From Tubulanus polymorphus (lineage: Eukaryota; Animalia; Nemertea): 64,000 nucleotides of DNA. A program made the translations under genes and the position numbers. The DNA lies in assembly GCF_964204645.1 (NCBI RefSeq), contig NC_134034.1, positions 3,179,814-3,243,813 of the forward strand. Reading direction: 5' to 3'. The notes under the pieces are model-generated. The model was given only the letters and a program-made list of their open reading frames with translations. It had not been told where the DNA came from and did no database searches. This document shows, in pieces, positions 12,395-22,709 of this stretch (position 1 is the first letter of the stretch; every line of letters starts with the position of its first letter).

Positions 12395-12862
12395 TATCGT
12401 AAGCCGCCGCGTTGTAGACCTATGTGCTCCGTGTATCCGAATACAATCAGCCGCGATGCAGAAGACAACATACGTACGGTACGGTGTCGAAGCGCAGCTG
12501 TGTGTTTTACATAAGGAAGGCCTGGTATACTATACACTATAGAGATCATAAAAAATAACTAGTTTCGAGTATGAATAGATCTGTACACGTATAATGCAAT
12601 TCACAATAAAATGTGCGTCAGATGGTACGTTCAGAAAGCAGTCGCGAATCGTTTATGATCCATAGTTGTTAGATATTTAAAAAAAACAAAGTTAGGGCCT
12701 AATTCCATTTTTCTTGTCGCGAAATTTATTCCCGTGCAGTGTGCGAACACCGCGGCTGGTTATCATCAACATCGGGAAATGTGTCACCCTGAAGTCACAC
12801 ATTTTATGTTATCATACGCCTATTCACAACGAGATGTTCGTAATATTTTATATCTCTTACTA

Positions 12863-12925
12863 ATGTCTATTTCAACCTGACTTGAGAGCATTCCGTGTGG
12901 CCTAGCTCGCTCATTTTTGGTAGTA
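12863..12925 (+). mobile_element. Truncated TIR of a TA-target MITE, directly abutting the Polinton left end
   Basis: ATGTCTATTTCAACCTGACTTGAGAGCATTCCG...CATTTTTGGTAGTA matches the TIR of the full copy at 47995-48482 and the partial copy starting at 42471. Confidence 0.85.
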
Positions 12926-12985
12926 AGTAATTGGGAAAGTGGGCTTTCAGATCAGAGGTCGAGAGGTCGAGACACCACTCATCAC
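12926..12985 (+). repeat. Left terminal inverted repeat of the Polinton (60 bp)
   Basis: AGTAATTGGGAAAGTGGGCTTTCAG...GAGACACCACTCATCAC; 52/60 identical to the reverse complement of 30010-30069. Confidence 0.85.
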
Positions 12986-13160
12986 AGCTAGGCTCTAGTG
13001 AGAACGGACGATTGCTCTGTGAAACACATATACAGTGAGGGCGCGTAACAGCAGCTGCGCGTGGATAGATCGATACAGTGAGTCTCTACTGAGAACGGTT
13101 ATTAACGCGTGTGCTATTACTGTAGTAGTACAGTGATTGCGTGTCAACTGTACCCGGATA

Positions 13161-13265
13161 AATAGATGCTGTGAGGCTTGGGTGAGAACGGTTAATAGCG
13201 CGCTTGTTATATACAGGGGGAAGTAATCCCCACTCATTACCACAAGTAATTTTTTTTCCTTATAA
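13161..13265 (+). promoter_or_regulatory. Repeated upstream module (second copy at 13512-13616) ending CACTCATYACCACAAGTAA-T-tract-CCTWATAAATG
   Basis: ~105-bp near-identical direct repeat in front of two unrelated ORFs. Its 3' 35 bp also precedes polB (29954-29988, minus strand). Confidence 0.75.
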
Positions 13266-13481
13266 ATGGAAAGGAATGATGAATACAATAAAAAACTTAT
13301 GTGGGGTTGGAAAAATTTACGGCCTTTAGAAAAGAAAGAAAATCAAATTAAATATAATAAACTAGATTTACAGTTATATTTAGAACAGTTAACAAAGGCA
13401 AAGAAATTTATTGAATTATGGAACAATGATCCAAATAATGAACAATACGTTGAGGAATTTGATATCAAGGAACCGAAATGA
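13266..13481 (+). CDS. Polinton small hypothetical protein, 71 aa
   Basis: ORF starts in TAAATG after the repeated module; element-like codon usage. Confidence 0.7.
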   Translation: MERNDEYNKKLMWGWKNLRPLEKKENQIKYNKLDLQLYLEQLTKAKKFIELWNNDPNNEQYVEEFDIKEPK

Positions 13482-13616
13482 CTTATCTAGACAGTTATAA
13501 TTACTGCTCCTAATAGATGCTGTGAGGCTTGGGTGAGAACGGTTAATAGCGTTTTTGTTATATACAAGGGGAAGTAATCCCCACTCATCACCACAAGTAA
13601 TTTCTTTTCCTAATAA

Positions 13617-13943
13617 ATGGGAGATAGAAAAGCATTCTTAGCAACAATAAATATCAGAATAAAACCAGCAAAAAAACAATTTGAAATAAAAAAGTTAGTT
13701 GATGTTACAAAAGAAATTGAACATAAGATATTGAAATTAGAAAAGATAAAAACTAAATATGGAGAGAAAGTATCAGCTAATTTAAGCTACTGTAATGTTA
13801 GTACATCACGAGAATTTAAAGTGTTTTTACCCGATAAATGGGTTTCATTGAGTACGGAGGAATTGAAAGATTTAGTAGGATTTAAAATAATATATCATGG
13901 GAAAAATGAAGACGGTCATCATGATTTAGAAATTGTTGATTAA
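13617..13943 (+). CDS. Polinton small protein, 108 aa; possible OB-fold ssDNA-binding protein
   Basis: TAAATG start. The KKL...TKYG...FKVFLP pattern resembles small beta-rich proteins of such elements; the function is inferred only. Confidence 0.6.
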   Translation: MGDRKAFLATINIRIKPAKKQFEIKKLVDVTKEIEHKILKLEKIKTKYGEKVSANLSYCNVSTSREFKVFLPDKWVSLSTEELKDLVGFKIIYHGKNEDGHHDLEIVD

Positions 13944-14110
13944 ATTTTTAAAAAAATAAATTAATAAAAATAATGAATATCTAGAATCCGAAATGACTTA
14001 TCTGGACAATTTAATTGCTCCGCATAGATGGTGCCATAAACAGCACCCACACAGTGATAGACAAAAGTAGTGAGATATTCAATTATTTTTTTTGCTTTTT
14101 TTCTAAAATA

Positions 14111-14479
14111 TTAATCCATTTTTTTTATTATCAATTTTGGAATTTCAGAAGTACTTTCATTTTTGATAGCAGTTGGTTCAGAATTACTAATATCATGAAT
14201 TTTATTTGATTTCTTATACCAATTACACCCAATCAAAATGAATACAATTACAAATCCAACTGTAAAATATAGATATTTATCAAATATTCTACTATCAGAA
14301 GGAGTAGAAATAACAATATTTTCACCATTTTTATTAACATTTTTATTACTTATTTTTTCTTTTACAGCTTTTTTATATTCTTGTGATTTAATTCCTAATT
14401 GTCGAGACCATTCAATTTGTTTCTGAGTTCTCGGTTTTTTCTTCACAGTTAATTCCTTCACTTCTTTCACTTCGCTCAT
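14111..14479 (-). CDS. Polinton hypothetical protein with basic N-terminus and one TM helix, 122 aa
   Basis: TAAATG start; hydrophobic segment YLYFTVGFVIVFILIGCNW. Confidence 0.8.
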   Translation of the reverse strand: MSEVKEVKELTVKKKPRTQKQIEWSRQLGIKSQEYKKAVKEKISNKNVNKNGENIVISTPSDSRIFDKYLYFTVGFVIVFILIGCNWYKKSNKIHDISNSEPTAIKNESTSEIPKLIIKKMD

Positions 14480-15017
14480 TTATTATAGAAATATTTTTAC
14501 TTTCAATATTTGAAAATGTTATAACCCCGGTTGATAATAATGTCATAAATCCTCCTAATTGAAACGATAAATATCCAATCCATTTATTTAATTCAGTCAT
14601 AACTAAATAATCATTTTTTAAATCGGAATATAATCTATTTTCATCTTCAATTGGTAGTATATAATTACATAATTTACTATAACCTTTTACTACATTTTCT
14701 GATATCGCGTCATTAATTTTAGCTGTTCTCGCGGCTTCATAAATCTTAAATAATCTAATAATTTCATCTGATTTCATTGTATCTAATTCATTATAAGTTA
14801 AATTTTTACCGACAAAATTTTTACATTTTCCAGATGCTATTAATATTTCTAATTGATGTTTACAATAAAGATAATATTCATAATTATTATTTGTTGTAAC
14901 ATTATTTAAAGCACCATCATCTGGAGTTAATTTTGTTTCTGTTATTCCTAAATCATCTAAAGTTTTTTCAATTGGAACATCACCATTTTTAGATTTTATT
15001 TTCTTTTCACCTCCCAT
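14412..15017 (-). CDS. Polinton hypothetical protein with C-terminal hydrophobic segment, 201 aa
   Basis: TAAATG start; open 201 codons; WIGYLSFQLGGFMTLLSTGVITF. Confidence 0.8.
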   Translation of the reverse strand: MGGEKKIKSKNGDVPIEKTLDDLGITETKLTPDDGALNNVTTNNNYEYYLYCKHQLEILIASGKCKNFVGKNLTYNELDTMKSDEIIRLFKIYEAARTAKINDAISENVVKGYSKLCNYILPIEDENRLYSDLKNDYLVMTELNKWIGYLSFQLGGFMTLLSTGVITFSNIESKNISIINERSERSEGINCEEKTENSETN

Positions 15018-15049
15018 TTATAAAACAAATGAAATTGGTTGTGTTGTTG

Positions 15050-15310
15050 CAACTAGAATTCAACTAGAATGTAACTAGAATTCAACTAGATTAACAAGCT
15101 AGTTGAAATATTGTTGTTTTTGTTTATTTCTTGTTAAATGTAGTTGATTTTTGTTCCAACTACTAACAACTAGAATTCAACTAGAATGTAACTAGAATTA
15201 AACTAGATTAACAAGCTAGTTAAAATATTGTTAAATCTATTTGATTTTTGTTACAACTACTAATAACTAGAATTCAACTAGAATTCAACTAGATTAACAA
15301 ACTAATTGAA
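15050..15310. repeat. Internal non-coding repeat region: three blocks of 11-bp AACTAGAATTC-type units with hairpin spacers
   Basis: Blocks at about 15050, 15168 and 15264. The spacer GTAGTTG-ATTTTTGTTC-CAACTAC is a stem-loop. Confidence 0.85.
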
Positions 15311-15311
15311 T

Positions 15312-15920
15312 TTAAATAAATTCATATTTAAATGGGTGTTGTAATCTAAATAGTAATTTTGATCTTTTAATATTTTTCAACTTATCCATATATTCATTAT
15401 GTAAATCATGTGGAATAATAACATTTTCCTCAAGTGCATTTTTCATTGATTTTCTATCTTTATTGTAGAATAAAACTAGAAATCTTATATTCTCTCTAAA
15501 ATCTTTCACAATTGAATTATATTTCTGATTTAAAACCCATGTTGTTATCCCAAAATGTCTCCCAGAGAAAGCTAAATAGCATAACTCACTTTCTCTAACT
15601 TTTGAATCATGTAGATTAGCACAATCATCTATAATGAATAATGTATTTGATCCTTTATAAATATCAATTGCTATTTTAATACAATTATCTAAATTTTCTT
15701 TAACTGTTTTAGGATCTAATATAATAAATTTATTATTTCTAGTAATGTTTCTATCATAAGTTTGATTAAATTCATATGTTGGACAAAATAATACTATATT
15801 ATCAAAATAGTTTTCATAAATAGCTTCTAATAAATTTAATATAAAATAAGTTTTTCCACAATTTGTTACACCAGAAATTAACATATTATGAGGCTCAAAT
15901 ATGAATAATTCCTTATTCAT
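15312..15920 (-). CDS. A32/FtsK-HerA family DNA packaging ATPase, 202 aa
   Basis: Walker A GVTNCGKT, Walker B LFIIDD, and GRH and LNQKY motifs typical of A32-like ATPases. Confidence 0.92.
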   Translation of the reverse strand: MNKELFIFEPHNMLISGVTNCGKTYFILNLLEAIYENYFDNIVLFCPTYEFNQTYDRNITRNNKFIILDPKTVKENLDNCIKIAIDIYKGSNTLFIIDDCANLHDSKVRESELCYLAFSGRHFGITTWVLNQKYNSIVKDFRENIRFLVLFYNKDRKSMKNALEENVIIPHDLHNEYMDKLKNIKRSKLLFRLQHPFKYEFI

Positions 15921-17048
15921 TTATATATTTTTAATTTTACTTGATAATATCCATTCATTAAATTTATCTGGCCATCCAACCCATTTTACTAAAGAATATT
16001 TTTTTCTTTTAATAGTTTTTGTTTTTAATACTTTTTCAATTTTATATTCTTGTTCTAGATTTTCAGTAGTTAAACTTAATTCTTCTTCGTAAAAGTAGCC
16101 ATCAACTTCTTCACCATCTAAATCTTCTAATTTATAGACATATGGTTTTGTATTTATTACCTTTTTTATTTTATATATTTCTCTAGTAAAATTTCGATCG
16201 TATCCTTTGTCAAATATCTTTTTATACTTAGATATTCTAACATTTTGGCCAACTTTAAATTTAGGTTCACCAAAATCATCTACAAGAAATGCTCCATATA
16301 AATTATTCCAAACAATTTCAGCATTTTCAGATTTTCTAGCATCAATAGGTTTCATTCCAATAGAAGAATGATAAGAATTATTATATCCTTCTATCAATTT
16401 TGGTAAAACATCAATCCATTTAAAAGTATTATTTGCTGTAAAATATTTCCACATTCTTGTTCTTAATGTTCTATTAAATCGTTCAACAACTGCTGCTTTT
16501 TTATCTGATTTTGTTGAAAAATATTTAATATTATGATTATCTAAGAGTTCATGAACAAGTGAATTATCAAACTCTTTTCCATCATCAAATTGTATTTTTT
16601 CTGGATTTAGTTTATCATCCGAAAGAAATTTTCTTAAAACATTTGATGTTTGTACAGCATCTTTTCTATAAAGTGGGAAACTCCATACATAACGACTAAA
16701 AATATCAATTATATTCAATAACCACCAATAATCATCATTATCTTTCTTAACATTTTTCATATCAATTAAATCTCCTTGCCACTGTTGATCTACATAACTA
16801 ACCATAGTTTTACGAGTTTTATATTTTCTAACAATTTTTTTATGTGTTGTGTATGTTGGTTGTTCTAACATAAATTCATTTATATCTTTATATTTAACTA
16901 AATTTTGTGGGATTATCTTATCTAATTTATCTTGTTTTACTTTACACCATATATTTTTAGTAGAAGAATAAGCAACCGAACTCTCAGGGTTGTAATATAA
17001 ATTTCTTAAATATTGTTCTTTAGTATTAGGAGTTTTTTTACCACCCAT
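15921..17048 (-). CDS. Retroviral-like (rve, DDE) integrase with C-terminal chromodomain, 375 aa
   Basis: QWQGDLIDM, IIDIFSRY, QFDDGKEF, VVERFNRTLR, YNNSYHSSIGMKP; chromodomain YKIEKVLK...LVKWVGWPDKFNEWI. Confidence 0.95.
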   Translation of the reverse strand: MGGKKTPNTKEQYLRNLYYNPESSVAYSSTKNIWCKVKQDKLDKIIPQNLVKYKDINEFMLEQPTYTTHKKIVRKYKTRKTMVSYVDQQWQGDLIDMKNVKKDNDDYWWLLNIIDIFSRYVWSFPLYRKDAVQTSNVLRKFLSDDKLNPEKIQFDDGKEFDNSLVHELLDNHNIKYFSTKSDKKAAVVERFNRTLRTRMWKYFTANNTFKWIDVLPKLIEGYNNSYHSSIGMKPIDARKSENAEIVWNNLYGAFLVDDFGEPKFKVGQNVRISKYKKIFDKGYDRNFTREIYKIKKVINTKPYVYKLEDLDGEEVDGYFYEEELSLTTENLEQEYKIEKVLKTKTIKRKKYSLVKWVGWPDKFNEWILSSKIKNI

Positions 17049-17078
17049 TTATATATCCTTAATTTTAACTTTATATTT

Positions 17079-18326
17079 CTAATATTGAATACTATCTAAT
17101 TGTGAATTTACAATATTTAATTGCGCGTCAGATATAATATAAATGTGCATTTTAAAATTTTTGATTCCTTTATTCTTTGTCATGAATAATTGTATTCCAT
17201 CTTTAGTGTTTTGTAGTTTTTTTCCAGAACCATGTAATGAATTATCTTCTGTTGTTCTAAAATCTAACCATAATGCATATTTATTACCGGTATAATAATC
17301 AATTTGATTAATATTACAATTTTCAAATGATTTTACTTTTTCATTCATAAAATGTTTTCTAATTTCTGGCCATTGATCAATCATTCTCATTCCTTGGCAA
17401 AATATTGTATTCGCTATTCCTTCGATAGTTATTTCTACTTTTGTTATTTCAGGATTATAATAATTGTCAACATTTATTGCGCCATTAGTATACGTTCCAA
17501 TGGTAAAAAATATTAATATACCTTTAATAGATCTTCTAGGAAAGTTAATATTCTCATTAATTATTTCATCATTTGCATTAATAGTTACAGTTTTAAATTT
17601 ATCAATATAATCATATAATAATGAAAACCCTTGATTGTATTGAGTTTGAATTATACTTGAAATATTTTCATCAGTTACTGTATCATATTCTAAACATATA
17701 TTCGATAATTTATAACTCATATCTTTAACAACGCTAGATAATACAATTTCATTTACAGGAGCAAATGTTATCTCAAATATAATATCTTCTTGAATTGCGT
17801 ATTTATATAAAGGTGCATTATTATTTATCAATTCAAAGTCTAATGGAATTTTATATTTGCTTCCATAAATCTTTTTAATCAAATTATCTACGCCATTATT
17901 TACTACTGCGTTATTGGCTTCAGATCTTAATTTATTTTGGTTTTCTGATTGAATTCCTTGAAATATCATATTATTTCTATTTTCTTTAGTTAACCATAAA
18001 TCTTTATAATGTGAAAATAAATTATAATCATCTAATGAGAAAACTGTTTCCGGACCAATCTTTATTGTTAATTTTTTAATCAAATATCTTCCAACATTAT
18101 CAACAACATAATTATTATTATTACCGATTACTTTTATATCAGCTGATAAATAAATACTGTTTGGAACATAAAAAGTATTTTGTGTTAATCTAGGAATTCT
18201 AACATATAAAGTTTCATCGGGATTAATATTTGAAGGGTTATGAGTAATTATATGATGTGATCTTTCTGCTTTAATAGCATTAGATATTCTATGATTCTTC
18301 GAAGGACTTATATAACTCCCACTCAT
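17079..18326 (-). CDS. Major capsid protein (double jelly-roll, hexon-like), 415 aa
   Basis: Size, beta-rich pattern, motifs LSNICLEYD and LWLDFRTTEDNSLHGSG, and position among virion genes. Confidence 0.8.
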   Translation of the reverse strand: MSGSYISPSKNHRISNAIKAERSHHIITHNPSNINPDETLYVRIPRLTQNTFYVPNSIYLSADIKVIGNNNNYVVDNVGRYLIKKLTIKIGPETVFSLDDYNLFSHYKDLWLTKENRNNMIFQGIQSENQNKLRSEANNAVVNNGVDNLIKKIYGSKYKIPLDFELINNNAPLYKYAIQEDIIFEITFAPVNEIVLSSVVKDMSYKLSNICLEYDTVTDENISSIIQTQYNQGFSLLYDYIDKFKTVTINANDEIINENINFPRRSIKGILIFFTIGTYTNGAINVDNYYNPEITKVEITIEGIANTIFCQGMRMIDQWPEIRKHFMNEKVKSFENCNINQIDYYTGNKYALWLDFRTTEDNSLHGSGKKLQNTKDGIQLFMTKNKGIKNFKMHIYIISDAQLNIVNSQLDSIQY

Positions 18327-18346
18327 TTATTTAACAAAAAAATTAA

Positions 18347-19786
18347 TTATTTATTTTTTGATATCATATTTACTAAACCAAAAATAATAGCACTTACAAC
18401 TGTAATTAAAAATAAAATAATATGTTCAGCAGCAAAGTTAAGAATATTCCCAGCAGATTTCAATATAAAACCAACAATTGATGCAATAACTCCTGGCAAT
18501 GCTGCAGCAGATTTTTTAGATAGTTCCCATAAATATTTTGCTAATTTCTTTAAACCATCCTTAACTTTATCTTGTACAGAATTATTACCTGGAGGTTTAT
18601 CTGGTTTATTGGGAGTGGGAGTAGGAGTAGATTTCAAAACATTTGATATTGCTAAACCAATTGTTGTAAATACCATAGTTACAGCTGTTAGAATTGAAAG
18701 AATTGTTATTCCTTCTAATTTAAATAATAACTTCATCCTGTCTTTTAATGATATTTCAGAATTTGGTTTAATCAACAAATCTTTAAAAATAACTTTTAAT
18801 CTATTAATATTATAATCATATGATTTTAACAATAATTTAATTTCTTCTTTTTGTAATTCTATGTTATATTCTAAATCATCTTTTTCTTTTTCTAAACGTA
18901 ATTCTTTTTGCCTATATTCTATTTCATCAATTACTTGATGATCTAAATCAGACTTTAATTGTTCTATTTCTTTATTTTTATCAGTTAATTCTTTTTCTAA
19001 AGTTCTAATTTTAAAATCTCTTATACTTTTATTATGTGCAATTTTATCAGATGCAAGTCTTATACTAATAATTTCTCTAATTGCTTTATCAGAAAATATA
19101 TCTAAATCTTCTAATTCTTGATCTGTTGCATCAAGTAATCCATTCGGTAAAAGTTTTTCAATTGGAACTTTATTTGATTTAAGTTTACTATTTTTGGAAG
19201 TTATATTCTGTTCAGAAGTTGTTTCTGTTTCTGATTTCTTTTTGATTATTTCAAATAATTCATTAATTCTTTGTTTAAATACATCTATATTATCATCTAT
19301 TTCTTTTTGTGTAACATCAGTTATTTCATTACTATTACTTATTATTTTAATTCTATCTGGTTTTAATTTTTCTAAAGTTGATTCTGATAATATTTTATTT
19401 TTATTATTTTTATAAGTGATATCAATATAATAATCACCTTTCAAACGATAATAACATTTACCATTATCTAAAAATTTTAATTGATCTGCTAAAAGTCCAA
19501 CGTCTTCATCATTTATGTTAAAATTAGATTTTTCAATTAAATCTTCTAATTTAGGTATTTTGTTTAAATTATCTAAATCTTGTTTTACTAAATCTGGGTC
19601 AAAATTTTCAGGATTTAATTGTGATTCAGCATTTTTAATATAATCAGGCATATTTAAATTATTGTTATATTCTGGTTCATTACCATCATTAAAACTTGTT
19701 TCATCAAAATCAGGTGGTTGTTCATCAGTTATATCAGGTTCATCAAAAGGATCCATTCCAATATCTTCTCCACCTTCTACATCCAT
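18347..19786 (-). CDS. Polinton protein with acidic N-terminus, coiled coil and C-terminal membrane or amphipathic helices, 479 aa
   Basis: Heptad-rich middle region; hydrophobic GITILSILTAVTMVFTTIGLAI and ALPGVIASIVGFIL...IILFLITVVSAIIFGLV. Confidence 0.85.
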   Translation of the reverse strand: MDVEGGEDIGMDPFDEPDITDEQPPDFDETSFNDGNEPEYNNNLNMPDYIKNAESQLNPENFDPDLVKQDLDNLNKIPKLEDLIEKSNFNINDEDVGLLADQLKFLDNGKCYYRLKGDYYIDITYKNNKNKILSESTLEKLKPDRIKIISNSNEITDVTQKEIDDNIDVFKQRINELFEIIKKKSETETTSEQNITSKNSKLKSNKVPIEKLLPNGLLDATDQELEDLDIFSDKAIREIISIRLASDKIAHNKSIRDFKIRTLEKELTDKNKEIEQLKSDLDHQVIDEIEYRQKELRLEKEKDDLEYNIELQKEEIKLLLKSYDYNINRLKVIFKDLLIKPNSEISLKDRMKLLFKLEGITILSILTAVTMVFTTIGLAISNVLKSTPTPTPNKPDKPPGNNSVQDKVKDGLKKLAKYLWELSKKSAAALPGVIASIVGFILKSAGNILNFAAEHIILFLITVVSAIIFGLVNMISKNK

Positions 19787-19802
19787 TTATATAATAAAAA
19801 AA

Positions 19803-21192
19803 TTAAAATTTAAGATATAATATTCCTCCTATAACAATTCCTATACAAGTTATAGCTAATTTAGTATTTTCATGGGATTTATTATCATCATTTAGTTTAA
19901 TTATATCATGTTGAATTTTATCAGTTTTTATATCTTCTGATGTATTGTAATCTTTTATTTTAGAATCATTATTTAATTTAATATTATTAGTTTTAGTTTC
20001 TGTTGATTGAATATGTTTTTTATTTTTTTCACCTTCCATTAATTTTAGAGCAGTAATAATCTTTTTATTTATATCATTCAATCCAAATGAATTATTTATT
20101 GTTGCAGTTTTAATTAGATTATTATAACCAATTATATTTCCCATCTTTAATACTAAATCATTAGAAATAATTAATAGATTAGGGCCTATACAATAATTAA
20201 GTCTTACATGAGATTTATCTAAATAATTTTGATATCTTATAATGTTTTCTGGAATCGATCTATTTTTATCATCATGTATGGAATCTTCAAATAATACTTT
20301 AAATTGTTTTTGTGTATCGAATGATGTATTCAAATTTCCAATTATCGGTGATCTTGTTTCAACTTGCGCACCTAGAATACAAATCAAATAAATTCTAATA
20401 GATTGATTTATTCTTTCTATACCTGATTAAGTAAAACCTTCACTATTTTCTAAAATAAAAAAAAACCCAACCATTATTGTTTTCTTGTTTTAAATGATCA
20501 TAAAATTTCGGCAATTTATTGAAATTTAATGTTTCTAAATCCTTAGTTTCTATTTTACCATAACCTAATTTATTATTATAGATATTATAAAAACTATTAG
20601 ATGGTATGGGAAGTGCACAATATTCTGCAATCTTTTTAGGGCAAGGAAGTGATCTTATTGTTCCAATTTTTGTTCTAAAATCAGAATTATTTATATCTAT
20701 ATTAAATTCATTACAAATCTTATAAAACTTTGATAAATTAATATTATTATCTAATTCTTTGAAATACCTAGATCCTGGTAAAGCGCACTCTAATTCATTT
20801 AATATTATTCTGATTTGAAAGTATGTATGAAATCTAAATAAACTTTGAATTAATTTATATTTAGAATTATTCAAATGATCATTCCAACTAATTCCACATC
20901 CTGTTGTTGCACAATAAACAGCAAAATTTAATTGATTCTGCCAATACTTCATATTAGATTTTAATAACCATTGTTTTTCATCTTTCAATTTTTTAAAATT
21001 AATTAAATATACATGAAATATATTTTCCATCTTTGCATTAAAATTATTAGTTTCAGTAACATAAATTTCTAAATTAGTTAATGAATCTAAAACTTCATTT
21101 CTATATGTAATATCTTTATTAAAATCTATTGCTGGAATATTATATTTAATTGATTTATTATATTGGAAAGCTTTTGGAAAACTATCTACCAT
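19803..21192 (-). pseudogene. Single ~460-codon Polinton gene (C-terminal TM) broken by a frameshift and a stop; appears as ORFs 20443-21192 and 19803-20387
   Basis: Removing one T from the T9 run (20457-20465) gives GWVFFILENSEGFT*SGIERINQSIRIYLICILGAQVETRS, continuous with the downstream ORF. In-frame TAA at 20427-20429. Only the upstream part has a TAAATG start. Confidence 0.8.
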
Positions 21193-21209
21193 TTATATAT
21201 TTAAAAAAA

Positions 21210-21644
21210 TTAATAATTTATTAATTCTTTTAATAATTTATCTTGTTCTTCAACTGTTATATGACCATTTAAACTTATTATATAATCTAGTGTGTTCTTT
21301 AATTTATTAATTTCTTTTATATTAGATTTTATTTTTTCTTTATTACTTTTTATATTTAATTTTGAACTTATACCAGTTAAAACACTTGAACTTAATCCTA
21401 ATACACCAATTGATATAGCTAAAGGTGTTAATGGGCTGAATATTGCTAGAAATGTTATTACAGAACTAATTGTAACCGAACCACTTATAATCAAATAATA
21501 TATAATTTTACTTTTTAAATATTTTTTCTTTTTTATCTTTAAGTCACTTTCAAATTCTTATATTTGTTTTTCTAAATATGTTTTTAATTTAGTTTTATTT
21601 ATATCATGAGGAATAATATCAATACTATCAACTTTATCTTCCAT
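21210..21644 (-). pseudogene. Polinton membrane protein (144 codons) with a premature stop at codon 29
   Basis: TAAATG start at 21644 (MEDKVDSIDI...), TAA at 21558-21560, then the same frame continues into ORF 21210-21494 with two hydrophobic segments. Confidence 0.8.
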
Positions 21645-21663
21645 TTATTTAGAATAAAAATTA

Positions 21664-22086
21664 CTAATTAGTAAATTTATAAGCAACAAATATAACAATA
21701 ACTGTTCCACCTAAAATCCATATTATTTCATATTTCTGTTGTTCTTTACTTGGGGTATAATAATCTGATAATTTAGGTTTGTATAGATGTAATTTTTCTT
21801 TATTTGTTACTGCGTTATATAAACTCATTGCATCATCAACTGATTGAAAATCTCTATGTGAAATCTTCTGATCATATAATTCTTTATTGATGTAATCCAT
21901 ATAGTTTTGTCTCTTTTTTCTATATTCTTCTGCAGCTTTATTGTATTTCTCTAACGCTAAGTTATGTCTTCTTTGTTCTCCTAATGAACTATTTTTATCA
22001 ATATGTTTAAATAAATAACCACCACCAGTAAATGCTAAAGCGTTAACAATTGCCGATCCTATAATAGTTATAATTGCAGAAGCCAT
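21664..22086 (-). CDS. Polinton protein with hydrophobic N- and C-termini, 140 aa
   Basis: TAAATG start; MASAIITIIGSAIVNALAFTGGGYLF ... IIWILGGTVIVIFVAY. Confidence 0.85.
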   Translation of the reverse strand: MASAIITIIGSAIVNALAFTGGGYLFKHIDKNSSLGEQRRHNLALEKYNKAAEEYRKKRQNYMDYINKELYDQKISHRDFQSVDDAMSLYNAVTNKEKLHLYKPKLSDYYTPSKEQQKYEIIWILGGTVIVIFVAYKFTN

Positions 22087-22111
22087 TTATTTAACAAAAA
22101 AAATTACACAT

Positions 22112-22333
22112 TTATATGGGAGGAATATATTTTTGTTTTTCCAAATAATCAATTGTTAAATTAGATAAAGTAACCGCTAATGTTAATTTCAAAATATCAT
22201 TGATATCAAATCTATCAACATTAACATTTCCCATTTTGAATACTTTTTTTAATACCATTGAATAACCAACCGTTCCAACTGATAGTAAGGCACCATTATA
22301 TAATCCAGTTATTATCCACTTATTATCACTCAT
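22112..22333 (-). CDS. Polinton small hydrophobic protein, 73 aa
   Basis: TAAATG start fused to the upstream stop codon. Confidence 0.8.
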   Translation of the reverse strand: MSDNKWIITGLYNGALLSVGTVGYSMVLKKVFKMGNVNVDRFDINDILKLTLAVTLSNLTIDYLEKQKYIPPI

Positions 22334-22693
22334 TTATTTATCAAAAAAATTACTATCTTCAAAATATTTAGTTAACTTATTTATGATTAATTCAACATGT
22401 ATTTTATTACTAGTTTTATGATTATCATATATTTTGGATAATATGTTTTTAATATCATCGATGATAAAATCTTCATCTAATTCATAAAATCTTAAAGATT
22501 CTCTAATTAAATTAGTAATCTTTTCTACATTTAAAGTTTCTTTATCAATTGTTGTTTCATACTCAAATGTTGTTTCATTAGAAAATGCAATATTTTTGAT
22601 ATGTGTTATTACATCATTAATGTTAAATTTCATTTCTTTCTCACGTTTAAAATCAAACCCAAAACATATACTCGGTCCAACAGTTATATTCAT
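22334..22693 (-). CDS. Polinton hypothetical protein, 119 aa
   Basis: TAAATG start; tiles exactly between its neighbours. Confidence 0.75.
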   Translation of the reverse strand: MNITVGPSICFGFDFKREKEMKFNINDVITHIKNIAFSNETTFEYETTIDKETLNVEKITNLIRESLRFYELDEDFIIDDIKNILSKIYDNHKTSNKIHVELIINKLTKYFEDSNFFDK

Positions 22694-22709
22694 TTATATA
22701 GGTGAAAAA

